Below, one piece after another: positions 61,755 to 64,000 of a DNA stretch of 64,000 bases. How positions within the stretch are numbered: the stretch's first letter is position 1; every line of letters begins with the position of its first letter. Under the pieces are notes generated by a model. It was not told the DNA's origin. It was given only the letters and a program-made list of their open reading frames with translations, and searched no databases. Position numbers and translations under genes: made by a program. The DNA comes from an uncultured Methanosarcinaceae archaeon. Its GTDB lineage: Archaea > Halobacteriota > Methanosarcinia > Methanosarcinales > Methanosarcinaceae. Where the stretch lies: positions 256,001-320,000 of the forward strand of contig CAVSHT010000011.1 in assembly GCA_963727895.1 (NCBI GenBank), read 5' to 3'.

Positions 61755-63740
61755 ATGCAAGATCACGAAATTAATAATAAAAAATTAAAGTCTTTAAAAA
61801 CTTTAATTCTTGGAGAGCCACGTAACCCTTTTGATAATGATATTTTCCATAAAGTTTCTTTAATAGCGCTCTTCGCATGGGTAGGTCTGGGATCTGATGC
61901 AATGTCTTCTGCATCATATGGTCCTGAAGAAGCATACTTGGCATTGGGAAATCACATTTACCTTGCCATATTTGTAGCACTGAGTATTATATTAACTATT
62001 TTTGTAATTAGTACAAGTTATTCGCAGATAATTGAACTATTTCCCACAGGAGGTGGTGGCTATTTAGTCGCTAGCAAATTGCTGTCTCCATCTCTTGGAA
62101 TGTTTTCTGGTTGTGCACTCCTTATAGACTATGTGCTCACGATTGCTATATCAATAGCAAGTGGCGTAGATGCCATGCTAAGTTTTCTACCAATAAGCTG
62201 GCACATATTAAAATTAGGGTTTGCTTTTTTTGTAATTATGGGAATTATAGTATTAAATTTGAGAGGAATTAAAGAATCAGTTATATTTTTAATACCTATA
62301 TTCGCATTATTCGTAATTGCTCATGTCATCCTAATACTATATGCTCTTTATTTCCATGCAGCAAACATGCCGACAGTAGCAAGTAATACTGTAACTGATG
62401 TCCATTCTATAGTATCAGGTGCAGGAATCTCAGCATTGCTTTTTATTATTCTACATTCATATAGCATGGGTGCAGGAACATATACAGGAATTGAAGCTGT
62501 AAGTAATGCAGTTCCAATTATGAGAGAACCCAGGGTAAAAACGGCAAAGAGAACTATGCATCTCATGGCGATTTCGCTGGCGTTTATGGCATCAGGGCTG
62601 ATGCTTACCTACATATTATACCATGTTTCTCCAGAAGCTGGAAAAACTCTGAATGCTATTCTTTTTGAACATATTACTAGTTCTTGGGGACCTTTCGGTC
62701 ATTATTTTGTAATAGCAACTCTCATATCAGAAGCAGGTCTATTGTTTGTAGCCGCACAGACTGGATTTATAGATGGTCCAAGGGTTCTGGCAAATATGGC
62801 ACTCGATAGATGGGTACCTACAAGGTTCGCAACCCTGAGTGATAGGCTTGTAACACAGAACGGAATCTTAATAATGGGTCTCTCAGCGTTAGCTATGGTT
62901 CTTCTTACTCAAGGTTCAGTCCAAACTCTAATAGTGCTTTACAGCATAGCAGTTTTCATAACATTCATTCTATCCCAGGCAGGAATGGTCCGTCACTGGT
63001 GGAAAGTTAAAACGAACGTAAAAGACTGGAAGAAGAAATTAATTATCAATGGTACCGGGCTGCTTCTAACAATTTTAATATTAATGTCAGTGATATTGGT
63101 TAAGTTCAGTGAAGGCGGATGGGTAACATTGCTTATTATCGGAGCTTTTGCTGGAATTGTTATCCTCATAAGGCGCCATTATGACAATGCTTCAGAGCTT
63201 ATTAAAGAGCTGAATGCAAAGATAATCAATTCTCCTGAAAATATGAATCTGATTAAAAATGATACACCTGATAAATCTAATCTGCAGGATAAGACCGCAG
63301 TGCTCCTTGTAAACGGTTTTAACGGTTTAGGGATGCAGGCGCTGTCAACTATATTCAAGTTATTTGGCGGAATGTATAAAAATTTTGTATTTGTCCAAAT
63401 TGGTGTAATTGATGCAGGTGTATTCAAAGGAGAAGAAGAAATTAAAGAACTCCAGACTCAGGTATCTAAAGACGTAGATAAATACGTAAAATTAATGTCA
63501 TCACACGGTTACCATGCAGAAGGTTTTACTGCAGTAGGTACTGATGTTGTTGAAGAGATTACAAAACTAGCGCCAGAGATATTAACGAAGTTCCCTAACG
63601 CTGTATTCTTTGGTGGACAGATTGTCTTGCCGAATGACTCGATGCTTACAAGATGGCTACATAACTATACTGTTTTCGCGTCACAGAGAAAACTATATGC
63701 AGACGGCATTCCTTTTGTAGTTTTGCCTATAAAAGTATAA
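61755..63740 (+). CDS. APC-family permease, KimA/YdaO-like K+ transporter
   Basis: DAMSSASYGPEE, PTGGGGY, LLIDYVLT, TGIEAVSN, cytoplasmic C-terminal domain. Confidence 0.8.
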   Translation: MQDHEINNKKLKSLKTLILGEPRNPFDNDIFHKVSLIALFAWVGLGSDAMSSASYGPEEAYLALGNHIYLAIFVALSIILTIFVISTSYSQIIELFPTGGGGYLVASKLLSPSLGMFSGCALLIDYVLTIAISIASGVDAMLSFLPISWHILKLGFAFFVIMGIIVLNLRGIKESVIFLIPIFALFVIAHVILILYALYFHAANMPTVASNTVTDVHSIVSGAGISALLFIILHSYSMGAGTYTGIEAVSNAVPIMREPRVKTAKRTMHLMAISLAFMASGLMLTYILYHVSPEAGKTLNAILFEHITSSWGPFGHYFVIATLISEAGLLFVAAQTGFIDGPRVLANMALDRWVPTRFATLSDRLVTQNGILIMGLSALAMVLLTQGSVQTLIVLYSIAVFITFILSQAGMVRHWWKVKTNVKDWKKKLIINGTGLLLTILILMSVILVKFSEGGWVTLLIIGAFAGIVILIRRHYDNASELIKELNAKIINSPENMNLIKNDTPDKSNLQDKTAVLLVNGFNGLGMQALSTIFKLFGGMYKNFVFVQIGVIDAGVFKGEEEIKELQTQVSKDVDKYVKLMSSHGYHAEGFTAVGTDVVEEITKLAPEILTKFPNAVFFGGQIVLPNDSMLTRWLHNYTVFASQRKLYADGIPFVVLPIKV

Positions 63741-63876
63741 AGAAATACGAAAGAGTAGATACTTAGCGTTGTACTCGTTTGGTACTTATAGACACTCTAA
63801 AAATCAAAAAATGGTATACCATTCAATGGTATACCATTAAGTATTCAGATATATCTAGTTCTCATTAGTTTTCACA

Positions 63877-63999
63877 TTACAAACGTTCAAGTGCAAGAGC
63901 CCCAAGAAACGCCATTGTTTCAAATAACTCTTTGTTTTCCGGAATTAAACCTTCTTCAGGTTTATCAAAAGCAAACGCCATAATTCCAAAGATCTTTTT
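63877..63999 (-). CDS. C-terminal end of a gene entering from outside the window; resembles a GAF-domain end (KdpD-like)
   Basis: KKIFGIMAFAFDKPEEGLIPENKELFETMAFLGALALERL*. Confidence 0.5.
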   Translation of the reverse strand, partial: KKIFGIMAFAFDKPEEGLIPENKELFETMAFLGALALERL

Positions 64000-64000
64000 G

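Noticed and set aside
3989..63427. Many short antisense or overlapping ORFs in the six-frame track
   Set aside because: Shadows of well-supported genes, with no motifs of their own.

Overview
AT-rich archaeal chromosome segment; gene content and repeats point to a Methanosarcina species (inference). Intact core blocks: coaBC-pantoate kinase-phosphopantothenate synthetase-HD hydrolase; argC-CBS-argJ; ADP-dependent PFK and glucokinase paralogues plus Ogg; mre11-rad50; moaC-prs; nnrE/D. A surface-glycan locus spans about 42-60 kb: aglB, Wzm/Wzt ABC exporter, a coiled-coil methyltransferase, several GT4/GT2 genes and a GtrA/GT-C-like cassette, partly frameshifted. Seven IS elements or remnants: one IS481-like, one IS110, one IS630 and four IS1. 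Best leads: (1) an IS110 element whose ends, TTAG core and folded ~200-nt upstream region can be reconstructed, with short segments matching the inferred donor and target, i.e. a candidate archaeal bridge RNA; (2) an ABC-exported, methyl-capped glycan pathway with a heptad-repeat 'ruler' beside aglB; (3) candidate anti-Shine-Dalgarno sRNAs; (4) a 250-bp tandem duplication of the upstream region of a C15orf41/CDIN1-like gene. No rRNA, tRNA or CRISPR array was recognised. All calls come from reading motifs by eye, without database searches.
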